Shown here piece by piece: positions 30,538 through 41,913 of a DNA stretch of 64,000 nt. The notes beneath the pieces were generated by a model. That model did no database searches. It was not told the origin of the DNA and worked only from the letters and a program-made list of their open reading frames with translations. Position 1 is the first letter of the stretch. Every line of letters starts with the position of its first letter. The translations under genes and the position numbers were made by a program. The DNA comes from an uncultured delta proteobacterium (GTDB lineage: Bacteria > Desulfobacterota > Zymogenia > Zymogenales > Zymogenaceae): the NCBI GenBank assembly GCA_963735595.1, contig CAVTLK010000004.1, positions 320,001 to 384,000 on the forward strand. Reading direction: 5' to 3'.

Positions 30538-33500
30538 ATGACGGGAAAAGGTAGAATTGCACTCCTCGTTATTATAATGGTCATCGTGCTGGCGGCCGTC
30601 GGTGCCGTCTCGATGATCATGCTCTACCGCGCCGCGATCCAGGAGCAGAAGGAGCGCCTTTCAGAGATCGCCCGGAGTATGGTTTCCCACTATGAGGAGG
30701 TCTTCCCCGCAGAAGGGCATCCGGCCGATACCCTCGGCGGGACGTTGGATACTGCAACGTTCCACGATTTTCTTGAGCTACATACACACTACCTGACCAA
30801 TACGAATACCGGTGAGATCGTCGTTGCCCGGCGTGAGAACGACAGGCTGGTCTTTCTCCTGAATAAAGGATCGCATAAAGAAGCAGGCCCCGACACGCTG
30901 AGCCCGGATTCTGCCTTCGCAGAGCCTATGCGCCTTGCCCTCTTGGGGCAATCGGGCACGATGATCGGGACCGACTACCGGGGGAAGGAGGTGCTTGCCG
31001 CTTACGAGCCGATGTTGACGCTTGGACTCGGGGTTGTGGCAAAGATCGACCTCGCGGAGATCAGGGCCCCCTTCATACGGGCGGGGACCACGGCCGGGAT
31101 CGTGGCGCTTGTGCTGGCGATTATAAGCTCAATCGCTTTCGTAAGGGTATCGGCCCCGATAATCCGGCAAATCGACGAGAGCGAGGCCAAATACCAGGAC
31201 CTTTACGAGAATGCCCCCGATATGTTCATCTCGGTGGACGCGAAAACGGCGACTATCGTCAAATGCAACGAAACTCTGGCGAAGCTGACCGGCTATTCAA
31301 AAGATGAGATCATCGGGAGATCTATATTTGAAATGTATCACCCCGAAAGCGCTGAGTATGTCAGGAACGTCGTTTTCCCGGTTTTCCGAAAGACGGGGCT
31401 TGTCAATAACGAGGAGCTTCGGGTACGGAGGAAAGACGGGTCGATAATCGACGTAATCCTCAATACCACGTCCGTCCGTGATGCGGAAGGCAACGTGCTT
31501 TACAGCCGCTCTGTCTGGCGTGACATCACCGAGCGCAAGCGGGCCGAAGAAACGCTGCGCGTGCTTTCCCTGCGGCAGGAGGCCATCCTCGACGCCGTCC
31601 CGGATATCATCATGGAGGTGGATTCTAATAAAATATATACGTGGGCTAACCGGGCAGGTTACGACTTCTTCGGGGACGATGTGATCGGCAAGGAGGCCGA
31701 GTCGTATTTTGAAGGCGAACAGGATACGTACGCCGCGGTACAGCCGCTGTTCAACGGCAACGAAGATATATTTTACGTGGAAAGCCGGCAGCGGCGTAAG
31801 GACGGGCAGCGCCGCCTGCTCGGCTGGTGGTGTAAGGCGCTCAAAGATGAAATGGGTGACGTCACCGGCGCCCTCTCCTCTGCCCGAGACATAACCGATT
31901 GGCGGACCGCCGAAGAGGAAGTCAGGAAATCGGCCACGTTCCTCGACAGTATGATCGTCCAGAGCCCGGTCCCCACGTGGATCTCGGACGAAAACGGGAC
32001 GCTCATACGGATAAACAAGGCCTGCTGTGACCTGCTGCACATCACCCCGGAGCAGGTCATGGGGAAATATAGCGTGCTCCACGATAACATCGTTATTGAA
32101 CAGGGGCACCTGCCGAAAGTCAAGGGCGTCTTCGGAAAGGGGAGGACGGCACGGTTCGAGCTCCGCTACGATACGGCCAGGGTTACGGGTCTTGATTTGA
32201 ACGGCACGGCGTCGGTATATCTGGACGTGACGATATTCCCGGTTCGGGACCCCGCCGGGAAGATAACCAATGCCGTTATCCAGCACAAGGACATTACCGA
32301 ACAGAAGAAGGCCGAGGATGCGCTGCGGACCAACGAGGCCTTTACGAAGGCGGTCCTGGATAACCTCCCGGTCGGCGTGGCGGTAAATTCCATCGATCCC
32401 GCGGTCGCCTTCGATTACATGAACGACAACTTCCCGAAATTCTATGGGACCACGCGTAAGAAGCTCGCCGAACCGGACGGCTTCTGGGCCGCGATTTATG
32501 AAGACCCGGGGTTCCGGGACGAGATGCGAAAACGGGTCCTTGATGACTGCGCATCCGGCGACCCGAAGCGGATGTCCTGGCAGGACGTGCCGATAACCCG
32601 AAAGGGCAGGGAAACGCGCTTTATTACCGCGAAGAATATCCCGGTGCCCGATAAGCCACTCATGATCTCGACCGTCTGGGACGTATCCGAGCGAAAGCGG
32701 GCTGAAGAGGCGCTGCGCAGAAGCGAGGTGAAATACCGTACCGTCGCCGATTACAACTACGACTGGGAATACTGGATGGGGCCGGACGGGCGTATTATCT
32801 ATATATCGCCCGCCTGCGAGCGGATCACCGGGTACCGCCCCGAAGAATTCATGAAAAATCCTGACTTGCTGAGATCGATCATCCACCCCGACGACCGTGA
32901 AAGCCACGCCCGGCACGAGCGCGAGCGTGACAGCAAGCAGACCGGGCAGCTCGATTTTCGCATTATAGCCCGCGACGGCAGGGAACTATGGATCGCACAC
33001 GCCTGCCTCACCGTATTCGGGGAGGACGGCTCGCCCCTCGGGCGCCGCGCGAGCAACCGCGATATCACCGAGCGCAAGCGCGACGAGGCCGAGATCAGAA
33101 TACTCAACGAAGACCTCGAGCAACGGGTCATCGAGCGAACAGGGCAGCTCGAGGCGGCTAACAACGAACTCGAGGCCTTCAGCTATTCGGTCTCCCACGA
33201 CCTGCGCGCCCCCCTGCGGGCCATCGACGGTTTCACGCAGGTGCTCGTTGAGGAATACGGTAAGAAGCTGGACGAAGAAGGAAGGCGGCTGACCGGCGTG
33301 ATCCGGGATAACACCCGGCGCATGGGCAAGCTCATCGACGACCTGCTGGCCTTTTCCCGCGCCGGGCGTGGCGAGCTGCACAGCGGCCCCGTCAACATGG
33401 AGCTTCTGGCCAAATCTGCATTCTTCGAATTGGCGACTGAGGACGACCGGACACGTATCGAATTCAACGTGGGCGACATGCCGGAGGCCGAAGGCGATTC

Positions 33501-33831
33501 CTCCCTGCTCCGCCAGGTCTGGACAAACCTCGTCTCCAACGCCGTCAAGTTCTCCTCGAAAGAAGATCGGGCGGTTATCGAGGTTACCGGCCGGAAGCAG
33601 GGCGCCGAGGTAATTTACTCGATCCGGGATAACGGCGCCGGTTTTGAGGATAGATACTCCGACAAGCTCTTCGGGGTATTCCAGCGTCTGCACGGGCAGA
33701 AGGAGTTCCCCGGTACCGGGGTGGGCCTTGCCATCGTGCAGCGGGTGATCCTCCGGCACGACGGACGTGTATGGGCTGAAGGGAAGGTAGACGAGGGCGC
33801 GGTGTTTTACTTTTCCCTTCCGATTAAATAA
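30538..33831 (+). CDS. Membrane-bound multi-PAS sensor histidine kinase
   Basis: Two transmembrane helices around a Cache-like domain; about five PAS/PAC units; [29 protein letters not shown] and GTGVGLA. Confidence 0.92.
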   Translation: MTGKGRIALLVIIMVIVLAAVGAVSMIMLYRAAIQEQKERLSEIARSMVSHYEEVFPAEGHPADTLGGTLDTATFHDFLELHTHYLTNTNTGEIVVARRENDRLVFLLNKGSHKEAGPDTLSPDSAFAEPMRLALLGQSGTMIGTDYRGKEVLAAYEPMLTLGLGVVAKIDLAEIRAPFIRAGTTAGIVALVLAIISSIAFVRVSAPIIRQIDESEAKYQDLYENAPDMFISVDAKTATIVKCNETLAKLTGYSKDEIIGRSIFEMYHPESAEYVRNVVFPVFRKTGLVNNEELRVRRKDGSIIDVILNTTSVRDAEGNVLYSRSVWRDITERKRAEETLRVLSLRQEAILDAVPDIIMEVDSNKIYTWANRAGYDFFGDDVIGKEAESYFEGEQDTYAAVQPLFNGNEDIFYVESRQRRKDGQRRLLGWWCKALKDEMGDVTGALSSARDITDWRTAEEEVRKSATFLDSMIVQSPVPTWISDENGTLIRINKACCDLLHITPEQVMGKYSVLHDNIVIEQGHLPKVKGVFGKGRTARFELRYDTARVTGLDLNGTASVYLDVTIFPVRDPAGKITNAVIQHKDITEQKKAEDALRTNEAFTKAVLDNLPVGVAVNSIDPAVAFDYMNDNFPKFYGTTRKKLAEPDGFWAAIYEDPGFRDEMRKRVLDDCASGDPKRMSWQDVPITRKGRETRFITAKNIPVPDKPLMISTVWDVSERKRAEEALRRSEVKYRTVADYNYDWEYWMGPDGRIIYISPACERITGYRPEEFMKNPDLLRSIIHPDDRESHARHERERDSKQTGQLDFRIIARDGRELWIAHACLTVFGEDGSPLGRRASNRDITERKRDEAEIRILNEDLEQRVIERTGQLEAANNELEAFSYSVSHDLRAPLRAIDGFTQVLVEEYGKKLDEEGRRLTGVIRDNTRRMGKLIDDLLAFSRAGRGELHSGPVNMELLAKSAFFELATEDDRTRIEFNVGDMPEAEGDSSLLRQVWTNLVSNAVKFSSKEDRAVIEVTGRKQGAEVIYSIRDNGAGFEDRYSDKLFGVFQRLHGQKEFPGTGVGLAIVQRVILRHDGRVWAEGKVDEGAVFYFSLPIK

Positions 33832-33842
33832 GGGGGTGCTTC

Positions 33843-34286
33843 GTGAAAGACTTCGAGGCGATCGATATCCTGCTGGTCGAGGACAATCCACAGGACGCCG
33901 AGCTTACCGTACGGGCGCTTAAGAAAAACAAGCTGGCAAACCGGATATACGTCGCCGAGGACGGGGCCGAGGCGCTGGATATCCTGTTTGCGCGCGGCCA
34001 ATACATACAGCCTGAAAACGCGGCCCCCCCCAAGATCGTTCTTTTGGACCTGAAGCTGCCAAAGGTCAGCGGCCTGGAGGTGCTCAATCAGATCAAATCC
34101 GATGTGCGAACGAAAAAAATTCCGGTAATCGTTGTGACCTCCTCGCGGGAAGATCCTGATATCGAGGAGTCATACGCGCGTGGGGCTAACAGCTACGTTG
34201 TAAAGCCGGTGGATTTCGAGCAGTTCTTCAATGCCATGGGCAACCTCGGCCTCTACTGGCTGTTAGTTAATCACCCCCCCCGGTGA
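33843..34286 (+). CDS. Single-domain response regulator (Rcp1-like)
   Basis: LLVEDN, LLDLKLPK, GANSYVVKP and LGLYWL. Confidence 0.92.
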   Translation: MKDFEAIDILLVEDNPQDAELTVRALKKNKLANRIYVAEDGAEALDILFARGQYIQPENAAPPKIVLLDLKLPKVSGLEVLNQIKSDVRTKKIPVIVVTSSREDPDIEESYARGANSYVVKPVDFEQFFNAMGNLGLYWLLVNHPPR

Positions 34287-34332
34287 AACGGGCTTTTTCC
34301 TCTTTCTTTGTCCTGATACGGAGGTGCACTCC

Positions 34333-37300
34333 ATGGGTGAGGTTACACGAATCCTCATCGTCGAGGACGTTGCCGCTGACGCCGAACTGGCTAAAAGGGA
34401 GATAGGCGGGGAACTAAAAGCCTGCGACTTCCAAGTTGTAGAGACGCGGGAAGAATTCCTGGACGCGCTTAATACGTTTGCCCCCGATATCATCGTTTCG
34501 GACTACAGCCTGCCGACGTTTGACGGTATGACGGCGCTGAAACTCACCCTCGAACACGCTCCCACCACCCCCCTGATTATCCTCACCGGATCGCAAAATG
34601 AAGACATCGCCGTTAGCTGTATCAAGGCGGGGGCCTCGGACTATGTCTTGAAAGACTCCATCAGGCGGCTGGGACCCGCCGTCTCCGTCGCTCTGGATAT
34701 ACGGCGTGTTCGGCAGGAAAAGGAGCGGATCGAGGCCTCACTCAGGGAAAACCAGGAGCGCTACCGGATCATCACCGAAAACATGAGTGATACCGTCTGG
34801 ATCATGGATATGGATTTCCGCACGACGTACATCAGCCCGTCGGTCGTGGCAACCCGCGGGTTTACCCTCGAAGAGCTCTCTGACATGTCCCTCGATAAGC
34901 ACCTGACCCCCGAGTCGGTGAAGGTCGCCTCCGCGACGCTCGCGGAGAACCTAACGAGAGAACGATTGGAGAACGCAGACCTCTCAATATCCGTGACCCT
35001 GGACCTTGAATTCTACCGCAAGGACGGCTCCACCTTCTGGTCGGAGATTACCATGGCGCTCATCCGGGATGCGGCCGGACGACCCGCGGGGTTCCTCGGC
35101 GTCGGCCGGGACATCACCGAGCGCAGGGTAGCCGAACGTGCGCTCAGGGAGTCGGAGCGAAAATATAGGGAGCTGGTCGAAAACACCGCCGATATCGTCT
35201 ATGCTGTGGACGGCCGCGGCAACATCGTGTTCCTGAACGGTGCGGCGCTACGTTTCTTCGGATACTCGCTTCAAGAAAGTATTGGGCGCAGCTTTGTCGA
35301 GTTCCTCTTGCCGTCGTCCCTGGAGACCGCCGCTGCCGTTTTCAAAAAACAGCTTGCCGGGGAAGAGGTGAGCGCGTTTGAGCTTGACTTTTTTAACAAA
35401 GAAGGCGCGGTCATGACGCTTGAGACCCGGGAGAAACTGATATGGGACAAGAAACGGGTTGTCGAGGTGCACGGGATCGGCCGCGACATAACGGAAAAAA
35501 AGCAGGCCGAGGAGGCGCTGCGGGAGAGCGAAAAGCGTTACCGCGAGCTGGTGCAAAATATCGGGGATATCGTCTATGTCACGGATCAGGACGGAAGAGT
35601 CGTATTTCTCAATGCCGCCGCCGAGCAGTTTATCGGTTACCCCCGGGAGGAATTGATGGGGCGAAGTTTCGCCGACTTTCTAACCCCCGGATCGATCGAA
35701 ACCGCGACCCGTGTGTCCCGACGACAGCGTATCAAGGAGGATGTGGGTGTTTTTGAGCTCGATTTCAATGACCACAGCGGAAGGGTCAAGACGATCGAGA
35801 CCAGGGAACAACTGGTCTGGCAGGGCGATCGCATCGTAGCGTTCCACGGGATCGGCCGGGACATAACGGAAAGAAAGCAGGCCGAGGAGGCGCTGCGGGA
35901 TTCTGAACAGCGCTACCGGGAGCTGGTGGAGACTATCGCCGATATCGTCTACATAACGGACGGCACCGGGAAAATCATCTATCTCAATAAGGCCTTAGAG
36001 GAGGCATCGGGATATACGCGCGAGGAGCTGCTCCAGAAAAACTATATGGAGCTGCTGACCCCGGAGTCGCTGGAAAAGGTCAAAAAGGTTTTCATGGCCC
36101 AGAAACAGGGCAAAGACATCGGGTCATACGAAATCTCCTTCATCGATAAGATCGGGAATATAAGGATAATCGAAGTCCGGGAACAGGTGGTCTGGGAGGG
36201 AAAACGGATCTCGCAGGTTCGGGGTATCGGGAGGGATATAACGGATCGCAAGCGCGCTGAGGAGCGGATCGCCCACCTCAACCACGTGCTGGAGTCCATT
36301 CGGACCATAGACAAGCTCATCGTGAGGGTCGACGATAAGGATACGCTGCTGTCGGGGGCCTGCGAAATCCTCTGCGAGGTGAGCGGGTACTATTTTGTCT
36401 GGATCGGCCTGGTGGAAGAAGGGGATATGCGGGTCGTCCCCGTCGCCCACTGGGGATACGAGGACGGGTACCTCGACGCTGTCACGGTAACCTGGGATGA
36501 AACGCCCACCGGCGGAGGCCCGATCGGAATGGCCATCCGGACGGGACGGCCCTGCCTTTTCAATGATATGGCCAACAACCCCGATTTCAAACCCTGGCGG
36601 GACGAGGCATTGAAGCGTGGGTATCGCTCGTTGATGGCAGTCCCCATCACGACCGGCAAGCGGGTTTACGGCGCGCTGGCCGTCTATTCGGACCACGCCG
36701 ATGTTTTCGGCGACGAAGAGGTCATGCTCATGGAAGATGTGGCCGAGGACATCGCCTTTGCAATGACCGTGATCGAGGCGGAAGCGGAGAGGAAACGATC
36801 GGAGGAGGCGCTCAAGGAATCCGAAGAAAAATTCCGCAGCTTTTTTGAAACGTCCCGGGATATTGTGTATATGACGTCTCTAGACGGAACCGTTTTGGAT
36901 GTGAACGAGGCTTTCGAGGATATACTCGGGTATACGAGGGAAGAGACGCTTTCGAAAAACGTGACGCTCTTCTACAAGAATCATGATGATCGGAAGCGGT
37001 TTCAGGAGGCCATCGGCCACCACGGGTTTGTCAGGGATTTTGACGTCTCCATCCGGCGGAAAAACGGTACCTTCGCGGACTGTCTCATCACCGCGACGGT
37101 CAGAAGGGATAACGGCGGCGCAATCATCGGCTACCAGGGGACGATCAGGGACATCAGCGAAAAGAAACGAATGGAGCGCCAGCTCATCCAGGCCGAAAAG
37201 CTCTCGTCGCTCGGCGGGATTCTTTCCGGGGTAGCCCATGAAATGAACAACCCCCTGACGTCCATCATCGGAATCGCCCAGATGATCATGCGCGGCCCGG

Positions 37301-38280
37301 TTCCTGAGGACATCAGGGAGAAGCTCGAGGTAATTCATCGGGAGTCACTCAGGACCGCCAAGATCATCCAGGGGCTATTGACCTTTGCACGGGAACATAA
37401 GCCGGAGCGGAAGATGATCTCCGTCAACAAGATCATTGAGGAGTCCTACCGGCTCAGGGAGTACGAGTTCCGCGTCGATAATATTGCCATAAACCTGGAA
37501 CTCACTAAAGAAGTACCGCTTACGGCCGCCGATCCCCATCAATTACAGCAGGTCTTCATAAATCTCATTAATAACAGTCACGACGCGCTGGCCGGCGGCG
37601 GCGGGAGCCAGTTGGTTATCCGCTCATCTGTCGGGGACGGCACTATCCGTATCGAGTTCGAGGACGACGGGCCGGGGATCCCGGAACAGGATATAGGGTT
37701 TATCTTCGACCCGTTCTTTACTACAAAGGAGGTCGGCAAGGGAACCGGGCTGGGGCTTTCTATTGTGTACGGAATTATTAAGGAGCACAGCGGAAGGATA
37801 GAGGTGAACAGCCTGCCGGGCAAAGGGGCGAAGTTCACCATCTATCTACCCGTGACGACGGAGATTACCGAGCGGGCCGCGCCGACACTGAGGCAGGCGG
37901 GAACGCCGTCGGACGGAAAGCTGGTAATGGTGGTCGAGGACGAAGAACCCCTCCGAAAGATGATCGCCGAGGTCCTCGAGCGTGACGGCTATCGGGTCCA
38001 GCAGTGCGAGGGCGGGCAGCAGGCAATCGATATGATGAAGGTGAAACGGTTTGACGTAATCGTAACGGATTTGAAGATGCCCGGAATCGGGGGCAAGGAG
38101 CTCTATACCTTCGTCCAGAAGTACTACCCCAATCTCGCCCGCCGGGTCCTCTTTATCACGGGGGACGTCCTGAGCATAGACACGCAGTCATTCTTCAGGA
38201 TAACCGGGAACGTATATATCGAAAAGCCGTTTGAGATAGAAGTGCTGTTGGCGCGGGTCGATGAAGTACTGAAGCTGTAA
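34333..38280 (+). CDS. Hybrid kinase with architecture REC-PAS x4-GAF-PAS-HisKA-HATPase-REC
   Basis: N- and C-terminal receiver domains; repeated GRDITE PAC ends; GVAHEMNNPL, PFFTTKEVGKGTGLGL. Confidence 0.92.
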   Translation: MGEVTRILIVEDVAADAELAKREIGGELKACDFQVVETREEFLDALNTFAPDIIVSDYSLPTFDGMTALKLTLEHAPTTPLIILTGSQNEDIAVSCIKAGASDYVLKDSIRRLGPAVSVALDIRRVRQEKERIEASLRENQERYRIITENMSDTVWIMDMDFRTTYISPSVVATRGFTLEELSDMSLDKHLTPESVKVASATLAENLTRERLENADLSISVTLDLEFYRKDGSTFWSEITMALIRDAAGRPAGFLGVGRDITERRVAERALRESERKYRELVENTADIVYAVDGRGNIVFLNGAALRFFGYSLQESIGRSFVEFLLPSSLETAAAVFKKQLAGEEVSAFELDFFNKEGAVMTLETREKLIWDKKRVVEVHGIGRDITEKKQAEEALRESEKRYRELVQNIGDIVYVTDQDGRVVFLNAAAEQFIGYPREELMGRSFADFLTPGSIETATRVSRRQRIKEDVGVFELDFNDHSGRVKTIETREQLVWQGDRIVAFHGIGRDITERKQAEEALRDSEQRYRELVETIADIVYITDGTGKIIYLNKALEEASGYTREELLQKNYMELLTPESLEKVKKVFMAQKQGKDIGSYEISFIDKIGNIRIIEVREQVVWEGKRISQVRGIGRDITDRKRAEERIAHLNHVLESIRTIDKLIVRVDDKDTLLSGACEILCEVSGYYFVWIGLVEEGDMRVVPVAHWGYEDGYLDAVTVTWDETPTGGGPIGMAIRTGRPCLFNDMANNPDFKPWRDEALKRGYRSLMAVPITTGKRVYGALAVYSDHADVFGDEEVMLMEDVAEDIAFAMTVIEAEAERKRSEEALKESEEKFRSFFETSRDIVYMTSLDGTVLDVNEAFEDILGYTREETLSKNVTLFYKNHDDRKRFQEAIGHHGFVRDFDVSIRRKNGTFADCLITATVRRDNGGAIIGYQGTIRDISEKKRMERQLIQAEKLSSLGGILSGVAHEMNNPLTSIIGIAQMIMRGPVPEDIREKLEVIHRESLRTAKIIQGLLTFAREHKPERKMISVNKIIEESYRLREYEFRVDNIAINLELTKEVPLTAADPHQLQQVFINLINNSHDALAGGGGSQLVIRSSVGDGTIRIEFEDDGPGIPEQDIGFIFDPFFTTKEVGKGTGLGLSIVYGIIKEHSGRIEVNSLPGKGAKFTIYLPVTTEITERAAPTLRQAGTPSDGKLVMVVEDEEPLRKMIAEVLERDGYRVQQCEGGQQAIDMMKVKRFDVIVTDLKMPGIGGKELYTFVQKYYPNLARRVLFITGDVLSIDTQSFFRITGNVYIEKPFEIEVLLARVDEVLKL

Positions 38281-38331
38281 AGTCCTCACGAACAGCCCGG
38301 GGCAGGCAACAGGATTATACCGGCCGGGCTT

Positions 38332-39702
38332 TCAGGGTCTGAACGAATCGAGAAGATCGATAAGCTCCCCAACGTTTTTGATGCCGACAACTGCCATCGC
38401 GGGCGGTGCGGCTTCCGTTGACGCGTTTCCGGCCGGCACAACGGCGCGGACGAATCCGAGCCGTTTGGCCTCCGTAATCCTCATGGCCGACTGCGAGACC
38501 GCCGTCACTTCACCGGAAAGCCCGATCTCACCGAAAAATACCACGCCGGGAGGGATCGGGATATCGGTATGGCTCGACGCGAGGCTCGCAGCCAGGGCCA
38601 GGTCGACGGCCGGCTCCGAAAGCCTGATGCCCCCCGCCACATTGACAAAGATGTCGTGGGACGACAGATTCACCCCCGCCTTTTTTTCGAGCACCGCCGC
38701 AATAATAGCCGTCCGGTTATAATCGATCCCCATCGACGTTCGCCGGGGGACCGCCAGGGCGCCGGGCGTTGTGAGGGACTGAACCTCGACCATGATACTG
38801 CGCGTCCCTTCGATAGCGGCGGTCACCGCCGCCCCGGAGACGGGGACGTCGCGACGGGTCAGGAAGAGCTCGGATGGATTTACCACCTCGAGAAGGCCCT
38901 GCTCTTTCATTTCGAAGATCCCCACCTCGTGTGTAGGGCCAAAGCGGTTTTTGTGCGCCTTGAGTATGCGGTAGGGGTAGTGGGTGCCGCCCTCGAAATA
39001 GAGGACGGTATCCACCAGGTGCTCGAGAACCTTGGGGCCGGCGATCGCCCCCTCCTTAGTAATGTGCCCGACCAGCAGGACGGCCAGTGCGTTTTGTTTC
39101 GCGTACTGTGTCAGCTTCTGGGCCACCTCCCTGATTTGGCCGATGCTTCCGGGCGCGGAACCGACCTCCGGGTCGGCCGTCGTCTGGATCGAGTCTATCA
39201 CAACCACACGCGGCCGCCGGTCGTTCATCGCCGCCTCGATCACGCTCAGCGAGGTCGTGAAGAGCGCCTGAAAGGCCGCGAGATCGAGATCCATCCGCCG
39301 GGCCCTGAGGGCGAGCTGCGCCCCGGACTCCTCCCCCGAGACGTAGAGGGTCTCGATCCCGGCCCCGGCGAGCCGTGATAGTGCCTCCATCAGGAGTGTC
39401 GTCTTGCCAACGCCCGGGTCCCCGCCGACCAGCACGACCGAACCCGGTACCAGTCCCCCGCCGAGGACACGGTCCAGCTCGCCAATGCCGGTAGTCATGC
39501 GGGAGACCTCCGCTCTATCGAGCGATGCGAGAAAGATGGGGCGGGCCATTATGCCATCGTTGGAGGGCCGAGCCTCTTTTTCGGGCATGGCCTCTTCGAT
39601 AACGGTGTTCCATTCGTTGCACTCGGGGCACCTGCCCACCCAGCGCGGGGCAACGTAGCCGCAGGACTGGCAGATGAACCTGGATTTTGTTTTTTTTGTC
39701 AT
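38332..39702 (-). CDS. radA: DNA repair protein RadA/Sms
   Basis: CQSCG...CPEC zinc finger, GGDPGVGKT, KNRFG and a Lon-like C-terminus. Confidence 0.96.
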   Translation of the reverse strand: MTKKTKSRFICQSCGYVAPRWVGRCPECNEWNTVIEEAMPEKEARPSNDGIMARPIFLASLDRAEVSRMTTGIGELDRVLGGGLVPGSVVLVGGDPGVGKTTLLMEALSRLAGAGIETLYVSGEESGAQLALRARRMDLDLAAFQALFTTSLSVIEAAMNDRRPRVVVIDSIQTTADPEVGSAPGSIGQIREVAQKLTQYAKQNALAVLLVGHITKEGAIAGPKVLEHLVDTVLYFEGGTHYPYRILKAHKNRFGPTHEVGIFEMKEQGLLEVVNPSELFLTRRDVPVSGAAVTAAIEGTRSIMVEVQSLTTPGALAVPRRTSMGIDYNRTAIIAAVLEKKAGVNLSSHDIFVNVAGGIRLSEPAVDLALAASLASSHTDIPIPPGVVFFGEIGLSGEVTAVSQSAMRITEAKRLGFVRAVVPAGNASTEAAPPAMAVVGIKNVGELIDLLDSFRP

Positions 39703-39843
39703 CGTGACGTGATTCCGTGTAGAAGATTTTAAGGCCTGAAGCGGACGGTAACGTGAAAAATGGGCGTAACCTGTTGACGGGATGGATTCGGAAGACTTCG
39801 CGTTCGGCCTTAGCGGTCTTGAGTAATAATTCCGTGCCGGCTG

Positions 39844-40650
39844 CTACGGCGCCTCGGACTTGATAGAAAGGAGCGTCTTGTCGGCAAGCGTCCCCCGGAG
39901 CTTACCGAATTGATCCAGGAGGTCCTCGACCGTCAGCCGGTCCCGGTCGGGCCCCTTTACGTCGAAGATGATCTTACCCAGGTGCATCATGATAAGCCGG
40001 TTGCCGTTGGCCAGCGCCTGCTGCATGTTGTGGGTAATCATCACGGTTGTGAGCCCGTATTTCTCGATGATCCGCCTGGTGAGATCCATGACGAGCCTGG
40101 CGGTCTTCGGATCGAGGGCGGCTGTGTGCTCGTCCAATAGCAGGACCTTCGGGGAATTGAGGGTCGCCATGAGCAGGGTGAGAGACTGGCGCTGACCTCC
40201 CGAAAGGAGCCCGACCTTGTCCCGCAGGCGGTCCTCGAGACCCAATCCGAGGAGGGCAAGCCTCTCTCTGAAGAGGTCTCTGGATTTCTGGTTGACGCCA
40301 AAGGCCAGCGTCCGCCTCCTGCCGCGGGCCAGCGCTATCGAGAAGTTCTCCTCAATGGACATGGATCCGGCGGTGCCCATCATCGGGTCCTGAAAGACCC
40401 GTCCGATAAACTTCGCCCGCCGGTGCTCCTTGAGAGGGGTGACGTTGCTGCCGTCAATAGTGACTCTGCCCGTATCGGGGGGGTAGACCCCCGCGATGAG
40501 GTTAAGGAGTGTCGATTTGCCGGCCCCGTTGGAGCCGATAACGGTGATAAAGTCGCCCTTTTTAACGTCGATGGTCACCCGGTCGAGCGCGAGGTTCTCG
40601 TTGACGCTTCCCTTATTGAAGATCTTGGTGAGATTCTTGACCTTGATCAT
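39844..40650 (-). CDS. ABC transporter ATP-binding protein (COG1101 type)
   Basis: GSNGAGKS, FQDPMMGT, LSGGQRQ and LDEHTAALDP. Confidence 0.92.
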   Translation of the reverse strand: MIKVKNLTKIFNKGSVNENLALDRVTIDVKKGDFITVIGSNGAGKSTLLNLIAGVYPPDTGRVTIDGSNVTPLKEHRRAKFIGRVFQDPMMGTAGSMSIEENFSIALARGRRRTLAFGVNQKSRDLFRERLALLGLGLEDRLRDKVGLLSGGQRQSLTLLMATLNSPKVLLLDEHTAALDPKTARLVMDLTRRIIEKYGLTTVMITHNMQQALANGNRLIMMHLGKIIFDVKGPDRDRLTVEDLLDQFGKLRGTLADKTLLSIKSEAP

Positions 40651-41582
40651 TGATCGCCCTCCCCTTTCCGGAGGGCCGCGAGCTTGATCTTGCTTCGTAT
40701 GGTGGGCAGCGTCAACGCGAAGACAACGAGGATTGCCGTGATGAGTTTCAAATCGCTCGGGGTAATCTGAAGTGACCCGATCCTGATTTGCAGGGCCGCG
40801 GCTATGGCAAGACGATATACGACCGAGCCGATAACGACCCCGAGGGTCGCCCGGAAGACCGTCATCTCTCCTATGAGGGCTTCCCCGATGATGACCGATG
40901 CGAGGCCGGCCACGATCGTTCCCACCCCCATGTTCACGTCGGCGCTTCCCTGGTTCTGGGCAAATAGCGCGCCGGAAAGGGCTACCAGCCCGTTGCTGAG
41001 CGCCACGCCGAGCATAATGGTAAAGTGAGTATTAACCCCCAGTGCCCGTATCATGTGGGGGTTGTCGCCGGTTGCGCGCATCGCCAGGCCCAGCTCGGTG
41101 TGCAAAAAGAGGTCGAGGGCGACCTTGACGACAACGATGACCGCCAGGAAGAGGACCGGCACCATAACGAACGGGGGTATTCCGAGGGAAACGATAAATT
41201 CCTTAACCGCGGCGAAATGATCGAAAACCGTCTGCCTGTTGATCAGGGAGGTGTTCGGTTTTCCCATGATCCTGAGATTAATCGAGTAGAGCGCAATCAT
41301 GGTGAGAATTGACGCAAGGAGATTGAGTATATTGAGCTTGGTGGATAGAAACGCGGTTACAAGGCCCGCCATCATGCCGGCGGCAACGGCCACCGGAAGC
41401 ACCAAAAAAGGATTCACGCCGTGGGTGATCAGGACGGCACTTACCGCGGCGCCGAGGGGGAAGCTTCCGTCGACCGTGAGATCAGGAAAATCCAGGACTC
41501 GGAAGGTAAGATAAACACCGAGGGCCATGAGCGAATAAACCAGGCCCTGAGAGATGGCGCCCATAAGCGCATAGAATGACAC
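40647..41582 (-). CDS. ABC transporter permease (COG4120 type)
   Basis: FPDLTVDGSFPLG, SINLRIMG, RATGDN and GLASVIIGE. Confidence 0.92.
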   Translation of the reverse strand: MSFYALMGAISQGLVYSLMALGVYLTFRVLDFPDLTVDGSFPLGAAVSAVLITHGVNPFLVLPVAVAAGMMAGLVTAFLSTKLNILNLLASILTMIALYSINLRIMGKPNTSLINRQTVFDHFAAVKEFIVSLGIPPFVMVPVLFLAVIVVVKVALDLFLHTELGLAMRATGDNPHMIRALGVNTHFTIMLGVALSNGLVALSGALFAQNQGSADVNMGVGTIVAGLASVIIGEALIGEMTVFRATLGVVIGSVVYRLAIAAALQIRIGSLQITPSDLKLITAILVVFALTLPTIRSKIKLAALRKGEGDQ

Positions 41583-41778
41583 CCGCGTTACCTCCTCGCT
41601 GTATCCCGAAACGATGCCTTTTCCGGGTGGTCAACCGAGACAACGGCCGAATAATGAATCCGGGGGACAGTATCAAACCGTATAAAGCGGATAAATATTA
41701 TTGATTAGATTAGGGTTTTTAGCACAGATTGTCCGAACCGTCAAGCAAAAAGGCCGCCGGTATTTATGACTGAAGACG

Positions 41779-41814
41779 AACGCGGGGTGGGAGCCTATAC
41801 TCCCACCCCGCGTT
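41779..41814. terminator. Strong intergenic hairpin (terminator or mRNA stabiliser) between the binding-protein and permease genes
   Basis: AACGCGGGGTGGGAG-CCTATA-CTCCCACCCCGCGTT, a perfect 15-bp stem. Confidence 0.65.
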
Positions 41815-41913
41815 TGATGCGGCACGATTAACGGGCGGCCTGTCAGTTCTGATTAAGAACCGTCCCACGCCCGTGAGACAATCCCGGAGGTTTAATGGTC
41901 TTCCGCGGAATGC

